Made by a program: the position numbers and the translations under genes. From assembly GCA_003344405.1 (NCBI GenBank), contig NOWV01000193.1, forward strand, positions 1-64,000: 64,000 nt of DNA. Direction: 5' to 3'. Origin of the DNA: Trichoplax sp. H2 (taxonomy: Eukaryota). The notes beneath the pieces were generated by a model that saw nothing but the letters and a program-made list of their open reading frames with translations, had not been told where the DNA came from and did not search any database. Position 1 is the first letter of the stretch; every line of letters begins with the position of its first letter. Below are positions 26,526-40,003 of the stretch, in pieces.

Positions 26526-28039
26526 ATTTCTTGTATGTTATATCTGTTAATTGTTTTCGTAAAGCTATCCGAAATAAAACGCCTAAAGTTTGACATCGTC
26601 TGTGATGCAATATGCATATATGAGTAGTATAGTGCAATAGAGCACTGTTTACAAGTGCTGATGATAATTTTAATCGACCTAGTTCACCTCTAGCATCAGA
26701 GATGGTGCGATACGGGACGCGCTTTATTTCATTGACAGTTTGTATAGAAGCTCTATCGAAAACTTTGTTTTCTATTTATGATTAAACAGTACGAAATTCA
26801 TCAATCGAGCTACTGTAAGTCTCTGCCTACAATTGCGTCGAATGCGTAAGTGCTAGCTTGTTGAATCTGAACCGGATATTTCACGCCGATACTGTACGTT
26901 CTGCTATGTTCTCTTAATCAGTTCAAGTAACGTTAATTCGACCGTAGGGGTTGGAATATAAGAATCATTAATCCGTAAAGTCACTTTGGCAAATTCGTTA
27001 ATGGAATTTCAATATGTAAACGGTAAATCTAATAATCATAAGCTTACAAATAACGTACAGTATTCTACAGAAATCCTCTCTGGTTTGAGATAAGCGAAGG
27101 TAAAAAGCACCCCAGTAGTACTGACCTAGGACATTTTAGTGCAGTGAGACGAGCGCTTCGTACCTCTCTTCTTTTAGTAGACCCTGAATGTCTGTATGCT
27201 ATTAAATTACTTCAATTATAATTATAAACTTGAGAGATGTGGGTTTTTTCCTACAGGAAATCTTCGTGGCGGATCAGGACATACAAATAGTAGCCTATAA
27301 AAATCACTACTAAATGTGTTTGAATTTTTCGAAATGTATATGTTACGTATATACGAGTTGTTTAATATATATATTGCAGAACCGGAGTTCTACTGATCTA
27401 TACCTTGCAGGTCTAGTCCCGTCTTTCAACGAATTTATGCAGTACTTATGTGCTAACAAAAAGCATTTTATGGATAACGTACGCTCGATAGAGTCTGTAA
27501 AATAAAGCAAAAGTCTATCTATGATAGTGATGAAATTATTTTGATTTTTTGGATCAATTTTGACAGTACATACGCATATTCTTAAGGCTAAGTGCACTAT
27601 AGACACATCATTTAAGAAAAAAAATATTCAAACTTTGGTATAAGAAACAGGTCAACTTTACTGTACGGCTGAGATTCGAATACGCATATCTGAAAGCTTC
27701 AAGCAGATATTTTATTTGCAGTTAAAATCCTTATTACAGTAACTTGTCATATATCATATATGCATATGTACACTAACTCATACCAAGGACTACTGCTTGT
27801 ACACATTGAATATTAACGTTTAAAATTCGTGCACTTGCTCACGGTCTCATCTTATTTCTAGATCGAATTGACCGCCAACTGATTAACAAACTTTATATAT
27901 AACCAGAAATGATTTTACTTTACAGTACTCCACAAAGCAGCAACTTGTTCACATACACACTATGCTATACGTAAGTACGGGCCAGTACTATCAGTTGGCG
28001 AAATCGAAGCAGTGCTCTGTTGCTAGGGTTCCGGCCATG

Positions 28040-28210
28040 CGCACATACTGTATAGTACAGTACTGTACGGTAGGCTGCTGACATGGGTATGGAAACTACA
28101 GTACTGTACTGTACAGTACAGTACAGAACAGTACAGTACAAGTACTGTAACTACTGTAGCTTAAAGTACAGTACTGTACTGTACTGCACTGTACAGTACT
28201 GTACCGTGCT
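28040..28210. repeat. TACAG/TACTG tract upstream of SDR copy 2
   Basis: Directly visible, about 250 bp before ATG 28460. Confidence 0.85.
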
Positions 28211-28459
28211 GACACTTTACTAACAGATTTACAGTCCATATGATTGGTAGTGACTTGCTAGTGAGCCAAGGAGCAAACAATTTTTAGCGTTAAGTAAACT
28301 AGCTCGTTTTATCAAATCTAGCCTGCTATTGAATGTAGTTTCTACTGTATCTTGAAGAAATCGTAATAGTACATATCGAACATATTAAAGAGTTCAATCA
28401 TCTTTCCTGTTATGTGCAAATAGATACAGTAGAAGGCGTTAGAAATTGTCTCGATAACC

Positions 28460-29956
28460 ATGTTGTTCGTGATTGCCGTCGAATTCTTCTTGACATGCAT
28501 TCGGTTTGCTTATCATATTGTTATTGCAATCATTTATTCTATACTGCCACGAAAAGCTAAAAATGTAGAAGGTGATATCGTTTTAATTACTGGTGCGGCC
28601 AATGGAATTGGAAAGATCGTGGCCAAAAAATTTGCTGACCTAAATGCGACTCTCGTGTTATGGGATATTGATAAAAAGGCCAACGAAAACGTTGCGCGAG
28701 AAATCGAGGTCATGGGCAAGCGGGCCTATGCCTATACTGTCGATGTTACTCAAAAAGAATCCGTTTATAAGGTTGCCAACCGCGTCAAAATGGAGGTTGG
28801 TGACGTTAACATTCTCATTAACAACGCTGGTATTGTCAGCGGCAAGAAACTGCTAGACTGCGACGACGATATGATAATAAGAACAATGGAAGTGAACATG
28901 ATCTCACACTTTTGGGTAGCGATATTAACTTTCCTCTCGTATCTAGCATTTGATTATACGTATCTGCTACTATACAGTACATGTATATATATAAGCGTAT
29001 ATACGAATAGAAAGTTACAGATTACTAGATGTATCTGTTAATAATCTCTGATACTGTACAATTCTATTTTTCCAGTTTCGTTATTTAGCTAGTTTCATAA
29101 ATTGTTAATTTAACGTTCCTGCTACATCCCTCGATAATACGTTATTTCCTTATATCTGTAGACTGTGAAAGCTTTCCTACCCGCTATGCTCGAAAATAAC
29201 GAAGGTCACATTGTTACTATTGCTTCCGCTGCTGGTTTATTAGGTGTTAGCCAGTTAGTTGATTACTCTGCCTCCAAACATGGTGCGATTGGATTTGATG
29301 AATCTTTACGCCACGAATTAACCGACATGCATAGTGGCATAAATACGACAGTTGTGTGTCCGTACTATACAGATACTGGATTGTTCTACGGATGCAAATC
29401 AAGGTGCCAAATTGCACTTGCTTGCAATACGTTTAAGAATTTTTCAATAATACAGTATTCAAAACATTCAAAAATATGTATTATATACTCAACACAATTT
29501 AATGACCTCAATTATTTAAGTCATCTTGTACCTATACCTATACATGTAGATTTCCCAAGATTTTACCGATACTGGAGCCGGAGTACGTTGCTTCTTGCAT
29601 TGTTGATGCAATTTTACAAAATCAGCACATCCTTTTTGTTCCAAAGATTCTCTCTATCTTCATTTTTCTGAAAACGTAAGTTGGCAGTTAATTAAATTAT
29701 ACAATACTTGGTAACTTCTTCAAAATATGACCTATATCGGTATACATAATTGCCGGCCTAGAAGTAATTTAAATATTTAAAGTTCTTTCTCTTGATTTTT
29801 ATCTATCTGCCATAACTTTCTATTTACTAATATTATTGTTAATTCAGAATTTTACCAACAAGTGCATTTATAGTCCTTGGTAAATTTTTTGGAGGGTTTA
29901 CATTTATGGATAATTTCCAAGGTCGTGCAAAGAAAAACTTCAATAGAAAGTTCTGA
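28460..29956 (+). CDS. SDR16C-like dehydrogenase, copy 2; exons about 28460-28915, 29162-29403, 29550-29675, 29849-29956
   Basis: TGAANGIG, NNAG, YSASK; same intron positions as copy 1; ends FQGRAKKNFNRKF* at TGA 29954-29956. Confidence 0.9.
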
Positions 29957-31301
29957 AACATTCTCATTTTAAGGTTGTCATATTTGTCAGCGTATGCTGC
30001 ACATTTTATCTTTCGTGACGGAAACAAAATTTCTAATACCTGTTCCATGGCTAAACTGTACCTATCGTAGCTAGTAGAATACATTTAGCTGTGTTGACCA
30101 ATCAGCTATATTGTATGGTTCAATGCTAAATGCATATACGAATAGATGCTGTTGTATGTACTTCTGGCAGCCAGAATATCCTACGCAAATTTCAATTATT
30201 TGTACTAATTTATTCGCTGATAGTAGTGATTAATAAATTGTGATAATACATATAATGCAAATTCTTGTATTATTCTTTACCAGTGAGATGTAGGTAATAC
30301 AGTATATATGTTATTGTCTGTATTGTATATACACAGGCTTCCACTATTCAGGAGATCACCCAAAATGTAAACATTGATTGCTAATTACTGAAACATCCTG
30401 ATGTGACTCCGAATGGTACGGTAATTGGCTTCCATTCGAATAACTACGTGCATCTAATATACGTAATGATTCAAGCTTAAATGAAAATTTGTAGAATGCA
30501 CGATAAATTCTTTGGGCTTGAACTCATTCTACTACTGGGTACTAAATTATTTGATATCCAACAAGATGCGTTATGCTTTAAGAAATTAATCTTCCATTGA
30601 TTAAGGACTATTTGATATATCTGACCTCGAAAGCTGTAGGTCTTTTAACTTCTGATATATGTAAGTTGATCATATATGCCTCTAATTATCTACCTGCTTA
30701 CGCTTAAATTTAATTCGAATGGTATTTTATTGACTTCATACAGAACATTATGGTACAACAATAGCACATATGTATTTTTGTTTCCTATTTATTGCAATAT
30801 TAATAAATCTAACAATTGAAATGTGTTAACAAGAGATGTGTAATATTTATAAGTCGAATATATATTATTGTTATACAATTTACAGTATATCCAATAGTTC
30901 TTTTCTAATGTATAACATTTGCATGATAATTGTAACCGACTTTTAGAAATCGGCGGCTTCTGCAATATTTTCACTTTAGCATATCAATTTCAATCTTACT
31001 GATTAATCTGGTAATATTGGTTACTAATTAAGCTACAGAACATAATTTATCCTGCTGCTAGATCCAGCAGTAATAATAGGTCCTTGATCATAACTTTAGA
31101 CTTGGCATTATGCTACAACACAGTATAGCTGGAATCGCTAAAATAAAACAGATAAATGTATTATAACAACAGTATACACTATATTTATAATATTATGTTT
31201 CCGTGTTATTTTCAATTTGCGGTATCAATCGCTTTCGGGCACCCAACTGACAAGTCTAGCTATCGAGCTCAAGTAGGTGTAAATTAATTAGTTAGTTTAT
31301 G

Positions 31302-33372
31302 TTATGTATCTACAGACAAAGGAACATTGGGCTGAACAGCTATAATGCTTGACGCAACTGAACTAACACTGAAGTTTCTTTCACTAAGACCAGTAGCACT
31401 ATCAACTCGAGGCAACTCCGGCAAAGCTGGAGACAAGGTGACCTCACGCTGTTCTGCCTTGATTGAATCTCTACCGGAGCAACTCTTACTTCTCTTATTA
31501 GGGGAGGGTTGAGGCGATATACTACGCTGAGTGTTCACCTGGTACGTTTTATTATCTCCTGAAGGCAACGCTCTTGAATCACTAGCGCTGCGTTGAATAT
31601 AAAATTCATCTTTTTCAAGATAAGGATAGTTACTAGCTTTTTCGTGGACGTGGGCAGATGTCGATGATCTAGGTTGGGTAGTATCCATCATTGCAATAAT
31701 ATTGCTAGTACTGGCTGTATCTGCAGTTGCAACGTGTCCACGGAAGGGCTTTTGTACTTGTAATGTTGCAGCTTCAGCAATAGTTTTAGAGCGGCAATTT
31801 TCTTGCTTAGAATGATCAATGGTTTTCGAAAATAGTGACTCGACGGCGAGCCTTGTGTCTCTCTCATACGTTTCACCTACCATAGAAGCGTCCGTGCAGC
31901 TACCGCTACGACAAAGGGACACCGGTACAACACCATACACATAAGCAAGTAGTATAGGTACACCAATACCAACCGCAACTGCTGCCAGAATGGGTGATAC
32001 CATAACAGATGCGGAAACTCCAGCAGTTATGGCTATATTCCTTTTATGACGCTGATTACGCTCCTGAAATCTCTCATACACCTACAAGTTCGGATGACAA
32101 AAGATAACTGTCTTAATAACGATAGAATATTATTTCTAAATATTTTAGAATAAAATAAAATTTTATCGAATACTTTATACGAGTCTAAAAAATGTATGCC
32201 GAGCATTTATATCGGTTTATTATAAACAGTTCTACTCGTATGATGGTACCTTCCGACCAGCATAGATTGGAACTCCTATTATTATAGCGGGCACGCTAAT
32301 TGTAGCAATCAAACCGATGCCTACAGGAGCACCAATGATGGTTCCTAGCTGCCATAGTATTTTCTTTTTTCTACTCCATGGCTTCTTGCCCCAAAATGTA
32401 CATCCAGAAGGGCTAGATAAACGATACAAACAATAAGGATCTTATAATAATGTCTTGAAAGGACAGTAACAGAGTACAGTATACAGTACTAAATTAATTA
32501 TAATTACTAAAGATAAGTATAAGAATTTACCTTAAGTAATGTAAGTCGGTAATCTCTCGCATGCACAACCAGCAAAATTCGGTAGAACAAACTGAACAGA
32601 CCATATGGTTACAAGAACCATCATCTACTTTGATAATAAGTGCCGAGCAACGAGGGCACATTTTGATTTGTTCGCTCCCAAGATCTTGAAGTAACTGCCC
32701 TGCTTGTGACGTTGACGATTCATTCGTTGCCGAGTTGTTGATTGCGGCGACCGAACGGCTGAGACGAGCAGCATCACAAGTTTGATTGGGATGCCACATC
32801 TGCTTACAGTGATAACAGAAATCAGTATTGCATCCGGGTCGTTCACACTGTATCTTAGGGCAACTGGCACAACCAGCAGCTATAACTGCATAACCACAAT
32901 CAGGTGCCGGGCACCATCGACAGTCCGGATCAGAAACGAGAATTCTTCGAAGAGAAAATTCTTCATATTTTGACCATATATCGTTATCATCTAGAATGGA
33001 CTTAATTTCATTGGGATAGAAATATTCTGAGCATTCAGGGCAAGTAATGTTTGTTCTAGATTCTGAGATTTGCAAGCTGACATATCTTTTCAAACAAGCT
33101 GCACATGTTCTATGTTCACAACATGATAGAATTGGAAACTCGCTTGGGCTTTTAGGAGTGTAACAGATAGGACACGTTAGCATCGATTCATGATTATCTT
33201 GAGAAGATTCGTTGGAACAAGAACTAAGGTTATCAGAGTTGCAATTGTTGTTGTTATTATTGCTATTCCTATCATTATAATTATTTTTGTCCTCATCAGC
33301 ACAGGATGACTGAGAACTTTTCTTTTTCTTCCATAGATTACGCCAACTGCGTCGTTCTTGTTTATTAGTCAT
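31302..33372 (-). CDS. RNF19: RBR-family E3 ubiquitin ligase RNF19-like (Dorfin/RNF19A-B), 3 coding exons
   Basis: RING1 ([17 protein letters not shown]), IBR ([33 protein letters not shown]), RING2 ([26 protein letters not shown]), then [24 protein letters not shown] and hydrophobic TM segments characteristic of RNF19. Confidence 0.93.
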
Positions 33373-34609
33373 AATTTTGTTTTAACTTATAAACTATATA
33401 AAATTGATCAATATTGTACAGTACTATGTCACCAGTTAGACAAATTAAGTTGGTTGAAGTAAAAGTTTTCCGGCTAATGACGGCCCGATGTTGCTATACA
33501 AAGCAATAAAGGAAAAAATAACAATAATGTTAGTTATGGCTCATCCATCAAAGTATATCTACAGTGCTAGAGTACTCAATTTATGCAACAGAAATAATTA
33601 ATCGTCCAATTTTATACGTGATGCAATACAGTCCATTGGGGCCAACAGCGTAAAGAAAATCTTACCGTTTGGTGATTAAGGAAGCAAAAAAAATCTCTAT
33701 GTTACAGAACAATGGGCAAAATTATCGGATGAAGTTATTCACTTGGAACGAACAGAAGTCGATTTGGCTATTGTACCGTCTGCTATATAACTTCTAGTAT
33801 TATATCGCCGGATATTTTTGTTTTCTTATAAGTTATCGATCTACTGTTACTATATTACTTACAACAGATAGAGGCAGTAAGATACAATGAAACTCGTCTT
33901 ACTAATCGAATTTTTTATCGGCAAGTTAAAAAAAATGGTAACATATATATATATTTGTTATGCCATATAATTCACAGTAATCTATACTCTACTAAAGTAG
34001 TAATCGACGATTCCACTGAACTGAAGATAAAAAATTGTTTGTAATTCTCTTTCAACTAGCAGATCGTCGAAAAAGTTTACTGTTGTAATATTGTAAGGTT
34101 TGGTCCTTAATATACAGTATCCTATTGTAGCTCTTTCTATCCTACCTATAGTACTGGAATCTTTAGAATAGATAATAAGTAGTCCAACGTCTCTATCTTC
34201 TATTACATGCACAGCATAAGCAGTAACAATATTGATCAGTAAACTGACTATTTCCAAGGCTACCTGAAACACAAGTTAACACTCCAAAATAATGTATTTT
34301 CCAGAATTGTCTCCAACGGGGGCGATTCAATTACAACATAGCAAACTCAGCAGCAATCATACGCGTATATAGAATACTTGACGATAAGTTTATGCTGTTG
34401 TTCTTTCCATCACCATAACAAAACATTAAAGATTTCTGTCAAATTGGATGAATTCATTTACCCAAATATACAGTTGATTGAACTACAGAAATTGACGACA
34501 GAAAGTCTAATAAAGAAATGAAATGTATGGAATGACGTGCAATTTTCTATTCTTTGAGGATATTTTTAGCTTACTCTACTTTTGTTTGTTGAACACATAG
34601 ATTGTATGG

Positions 34610-34810
34610 GTACAGACGTACAGTACAGTATGTAACGTCTTGGAATACGTAATCAAGTTACTTATAGTACCGACTTACAGTAAGTCTGTGAAATGAAAGT
34701 TATTGTACTGTACAGTACAGTGTACAGTACAGTACGGTACAGTACTGTACTGTAGAGTGTACTGTAGAGTGATATTAGCTTAACTTTCCGTCCAAAGCAC
34801 TGTACTGAAT
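34610..34810. repeat. TACAG/TACTG tract upstream of RNF19
   Basis: Directly visible (e.g. 34705-34765), about 1.3 kb upstream of the ATG; intervening minus-strand splice-like signals suggest non-coding 5' exons. Confidence 0.75.
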
Positions 34811-37098
34811 ACGGTAAAGAAAAGTAAATAAATAAATAATAAAAATAAAATTACAACCATTACTGCATACTGTAAAGCTAAGACAAGATTGCTGCAAGGA
34901 CTTTTAAAAAATAACGACAGAAAGACCCTTTTAGAAGTCCCAGATTGCTTTGATCAGTTTCAACGATACGTTCTCATGCCTGCTAGTCTGTATCGATCGA
35001 TATGTCCTCGACAAATACAGAACCACATAGAGTGTGCAGTAAATTATATGTTTTATGCTACTAAATGCAGTCAACTACAGTGCTGTTTAGGGTATTACTT
35101 AATGATTTAGCTTAATATAGTATTTCATAATATAATAATCCACTTAGCGGGGAATCTATTTTTTTTTCTAGCAGTTCCAGCTATGTACAGTAATAACTGT
35201 ATTCTCAACTTATCGTCATTAAAGGAAAATTTCACTACTGTGCAATATATTGTTGGTCTGAAAATTTCATTTATCAACACAGCATTGAAAAGCACATTAT
35301 AATCATAGCAAATTGTTCGTGTACTGTATAATACAATACTGCACAATAAATCATCCTATGGCAGTTGTATGGTATTCTGACAGCATTCTTCTCTTTGCTT
35401 TATTTTGTCATGTATAATTACTGCCAATTTTTTAGTTTGTAATAACGGTAATAACTAATCAATTAATTATTACTGTAGTATGTACAGTATACGTGTACTA
35501 GTGTACTGTCGAAATTATTAATCGCAATTGCAATTTATCAGCTCAAGCGTAGAAATATGGTATACTGTACACTGTACGGTATAGTGATGTATAATAGCAA
35601 GCCATGACGCACTCCTAACATAGAAAAAAGATTCACGGTGAAAATTCTAAAGCTGCGCGATCCGATAGTGCTATCATTGTAGAAAGCCTTACATAATACT
35701 AATCAAAAAATATGTATCGTCGTCGGTTAAAAGAAAAAAATTGAAGGATTCTGTAAAGTTATAAGAGTATTCGGAAAATCGAACGGTATCCAAAGACTAC
35801 ATGTAGATTTTTTCCAACGGTAAAAGTTGATATATCGTTTACATTAGATAAATAAAAAAAATTGAGATCATCCAAGAGTTTGCATGTCCAGGAATTATAC
35901 TGCCGTAGTCATACTTATAGTTAGAAATATTCAATTGAGGATCCCACAAAAATTGGGCACTTGAGACTTAATAACTAAAACAGCACCATAACATTTTTGT
36001 TTACCATACCGTAGATGTTATCGAAAGCTAATACACAAGCAACTTTGTAAGCGCGAGCATACTAAATTACTGTGATAGTATAATTATGCAACAAATACAA
36101 CTAAAATAAAATAAAATTTTAGTTTCGTTAACAATTAAATGTAAATTGGACAATCCGCTTTCCCCTCATCGTACAGAATTGTAATACTAGATTTGATCGA
36201 GAAAACAATTAATGCTTAACGTCCTGCAATTGCGTTTATCGATAAAATATGCTGGTCCATCGGTGAAATCTAAGGCAAAGTTATTATTTCAAAAGTATAC
36301 AGTATCAGTATTGTACTTGAAACAGATCACCGGATCATGACAGTTATTAGCATTCATTACCGCTTCACTGCAGCTGCCCAACGTAATACATTGTTGTAAT
36401 TCTCAGACTCGGAGACGAAGTGGCGAACAGAAAACGAAAGTGTCTGACGGCAATGGATCCAAAACTGATCATTTAAGGAGCAATAATTGTAACTTGCGAG
36501 CATACAGTACAGTCTCCTGTATTCTCATATAGTACTGTCTTTACTGTAGTGCAATTCGCTCAACTGTACAGTATATTAGCATATTCGTGTAACTACAGTA
36601 AACACAACAACAAAACATAACAGGGACAAATCATGCAATTATCTTTCACTCCTTCAGAGTCTCCAATATATCACCAAGTCAAAATTGAAATTTTACACAA
36701 TTGTAGGGAAATCCTTGCTGCTAAACTTTTCATTTCTAGGATATTTACTATACGCTACCAGTATGAACAGTAAATAAATACACGGTGTAAGCTATAAAAA
36801 TTTTCTTAATAGATCTTTTTATATCTAATTTCGCCCATCCAAATTATTGCAATAATTCAACACGGCAAAGGTATTGTTCGTTTATTTTCTAATATTACTG
36901 TACAAATCTTTATCGGACGAAAATATTTAGTTATGTCTTCTTGAATAACTTAAAAGACTATGTGTAAAGGTCTATACAATTTAATAAGCGCAGTCTGTAA
37001 ATTATCTGATATATACTTGTAATTTCGACTGACAGCACCTCAAACTGGTTGGTCCCAAAGTATTCATCACGTAAGATAAAATAAATGAACTTCACAAG

Positions 37099-40003
37099 AA
37101 TGGAAAAAAATTATATGTGTACTTGAATTCTTTACACGAGACTTTATTGCACATATTGTAATTACTGCAATTGGAAGATGAGGCAAATCGCAAGCATACA
37201 GTTCAAATGTAAATACGTTTTTGTAAATGATAGCGTATGTTGTATGCCGAATAATTTGATCACTCCTAACCTACAGTTGGCAACGTTTTCGAGTGGATAC
37301 AATAAAAGTACTAAATGCCTTATAAAGTAGCATCATAAATCAACTGGAGTAGTACTTCATTATCAATTCATCTCGAGGCGAAGTGCAATTTTTTTGCTAT
37401 TAAAGGAGTAAAACAAACTCACCTGTCAATCCGAATTTCTAATGGCTTAGCTGAATATACACGTTTTGAGAAAATATTGCCCAAATCAGTCTATTATCCT
37501 CCATTTAAGGTCCATTAGTCCAATTAATGATTACACGTTTTTTGGCTTTTCGGGATAAAATTGCTTGAGTAGTATTTGATCACTTTGCTGTCCTGTAAAC
37601 TGAAACTTCCTCATACGCCAGAGGTAAGTTTTACTGTCAATGGATGCTAACAGATTTTCATTGTTTTCTACTTTTCGCTGAACTAAATCATGACAGTGCA
37701 ATACTGTATACTGTACTGTACTGCCATACAGTACATTATACTGTACAGTACAGTGTGGCAGAGGTAGAGTTTCATCAAAGTACTGTACACTGTACTGTAC
37801 ACTGTACTGTACACTGTACTGTACAGTGTACAGTCCATTCATTAATGTTGTACTGTACTGTTCAGTGTTACAATCATTAGCATAAGGCATACTATACTGT
37901 AGAACCATACAGATATTTTTCATGGTGTACTGTACATTGTTACAATCATTAGCATAAAGCATACTACAGTATACAGTATAGTGTAGAACCATACAGATAT
38001 TTTCGTCGCCTATACAGTACAGTATGGTTCTGTAATGTGAGTTTCGTGCAACGTCAGTATAATGGAGTGAAATGAATAAAAATTTTCCGATTTACTGTAC
38101 TTAGTACTGTAGGTTACAGTATACAGTACTGTAGTGTATGTACAAGGTGTAGAATTTCTTTTTAGATAAGTCAGTGAATATTTTTATGATTTATTTTCGA
38201 ATAAAACCCATAAAACTGTATATCTGCTTTTTTGATCATTTTATCTGTTTTTTTTAAATCTAGATCGAATTTCTACACCCTGTACAGTACTGTGTACAGT
38301 ACAGGGTAGGTGGCTACAACTTAGAGAAGTACAGTACGTATGTCCACAAAAACTAGATGAACATTGAACAGCTCTGGTACAGTATAGGCCAAAAAAAAAT
38401 CGGAACCCGATTTTCCCTACGCCACCATATCAAATCCTTTCTGGACTTTCCATCCTCCTTGTACGTACACTGTACTCAGTGTACTGTTCTATGTGCAGCA
38501 TAGTACCTTTAAACCTTCTCTATTCTATTTTAGATTTTCAATGGACATTAATTCGTAGCCTTTTTTATTTTTAAGGNNNNNNNNNNNNNNNNNNNNAATG
38601 GAAAAAAATTATATGTGTACTTGAATTCTTCACACGAGACTTTATTGCACATATTGTAATTACTGCAATTGGAAGATGAGGCAAATCGCAAGCATACAGT
38701 TCAAATGTAAATACGTTTTTGTAAATGATAGCGTATGTTGTATGCCGAATAATCCCCGAATAATTTGATCACTCCTAACCTACAGTTGGCAACGTTTTCG
38801 AGCGGATACAATAAAAGTACTAAATGCCTTATAAAGTAGCATCATAAATCAACTGGAGTAGTACTTCATTATCAATTCATCTCGAGGCGAAGTGCAATTT
38901 TTTTGCTATTAAAGGAGTAAAACAAACTCACCTGTCAATCCGAATTTCTAATGGCTTAGCTGAATATACACGTTTTGAGAAAATATTGCCCAAATCAGTC
39001 TATTATCCTCCATTTAAGGTCCATTAGCCCAATTAATGATTACACGTTTTTTGGCTTTTCGGGATAAAATTGCTTGAGTAGTATTTGATCACTTTGCTGT
39101 CCTGTAAACTGAAACTTCCTCATACGCCTGCGGTAAGTTTTACTGTCAATGGATGCTAACAGATTTTCATTGTTTTCTACTTTTCGATGAACTAAATCAT
39201 GACAGTGCAATACTGTATACAGTACTGTACTGTACTGCCATACAGTACATTATACTGTACAGTACAGCGTGGCAGAGGTAGAGTTTCATCAAAGTACAGT
39301 ATTTTTTAAAGAAAAATATGGCCCGAAAGTGACAAAATGTTATGAAACAGCCTGTACAGTACAGTACAGTACTGTACAGTACAGGACTGTACAGTCAATT
39401 CATTAATGTTGTACTGTACTGTTCAGTGTTACAATCATTAGCATAAGACATACTGTACAGTACTGTACTGTACTATAGAACCATACAGATATTTTTCATG
39501 TTGTACTGTACAATGTACATTGTTACAATCATTAGCATAAAGCATACTATACAGTATAGTAGAATCATACAGATATTTTCGTCGCCTATACAGTACAGTA
39601 TGGTACTGTAATGTGAGTTTCGTGCAACGTCGGTAAAATGGAGTGAAATGAATAGAAATTTCCGATTTACTGTACTTAGTACTGTAGGTTACAGTATACT
39701 GTAGTGTATGTACTGTACTGTACAGGGTAGGTGGCTACAACTTAGAGAAGTACTGTACTGTATGTCCACAAAAACTAGATGAACATTGAACAGCTCTAGT
39801 ACTGTACAGTATAGGCCAAAAAAAAATCGGAACCCGATTTTTCCTACGCAACCATATCAAATCCTTTCTGGACTTTCCATCCTCCTTGTACGTACACTGT
39901 ACTCAGTGTACTGTTCTATGTGCAGCATAGTACCTTTAAACCTTCTCTATTCTATTTTAGATTTTCAATGGACATTAATTCGTAGCCTTTTTTATTTTTA
40001 AGG
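37099..40003. repeat. Duplication across gap 38577-38596 (37099-38576 vs 38597-40003); probable uncollapsed haplotypes with polymorphic TACAG tracts and insertions
   Basis: Both copies start AATGGAAAAAAATTATATGTG and end TTTTTATTTTTAAGG; near-identical outside the TACAG tracts. Confidence 0.92.
38143..38282. mobile_element. 140 bp TA-flanked MITE, Tc1/mariner-like termini, present in only one allele
   Basis: TA|CAAGGTGTAGAATTT...AATTTCTACACCCTG|TA; right end reverse complement CAGGGTGTAGAAATT matches 13/15. Absent from the matching site of the duplicate (about 39711). Confidence 0.8.

Noticed and set aside
27665..27700. tRNA-like GAGATTCGAA fragment (similar GGATTCGAAC at about 3436 and 4309)
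   Set aside because: Only a T-loop-like motif; no cloverleaf can be built.
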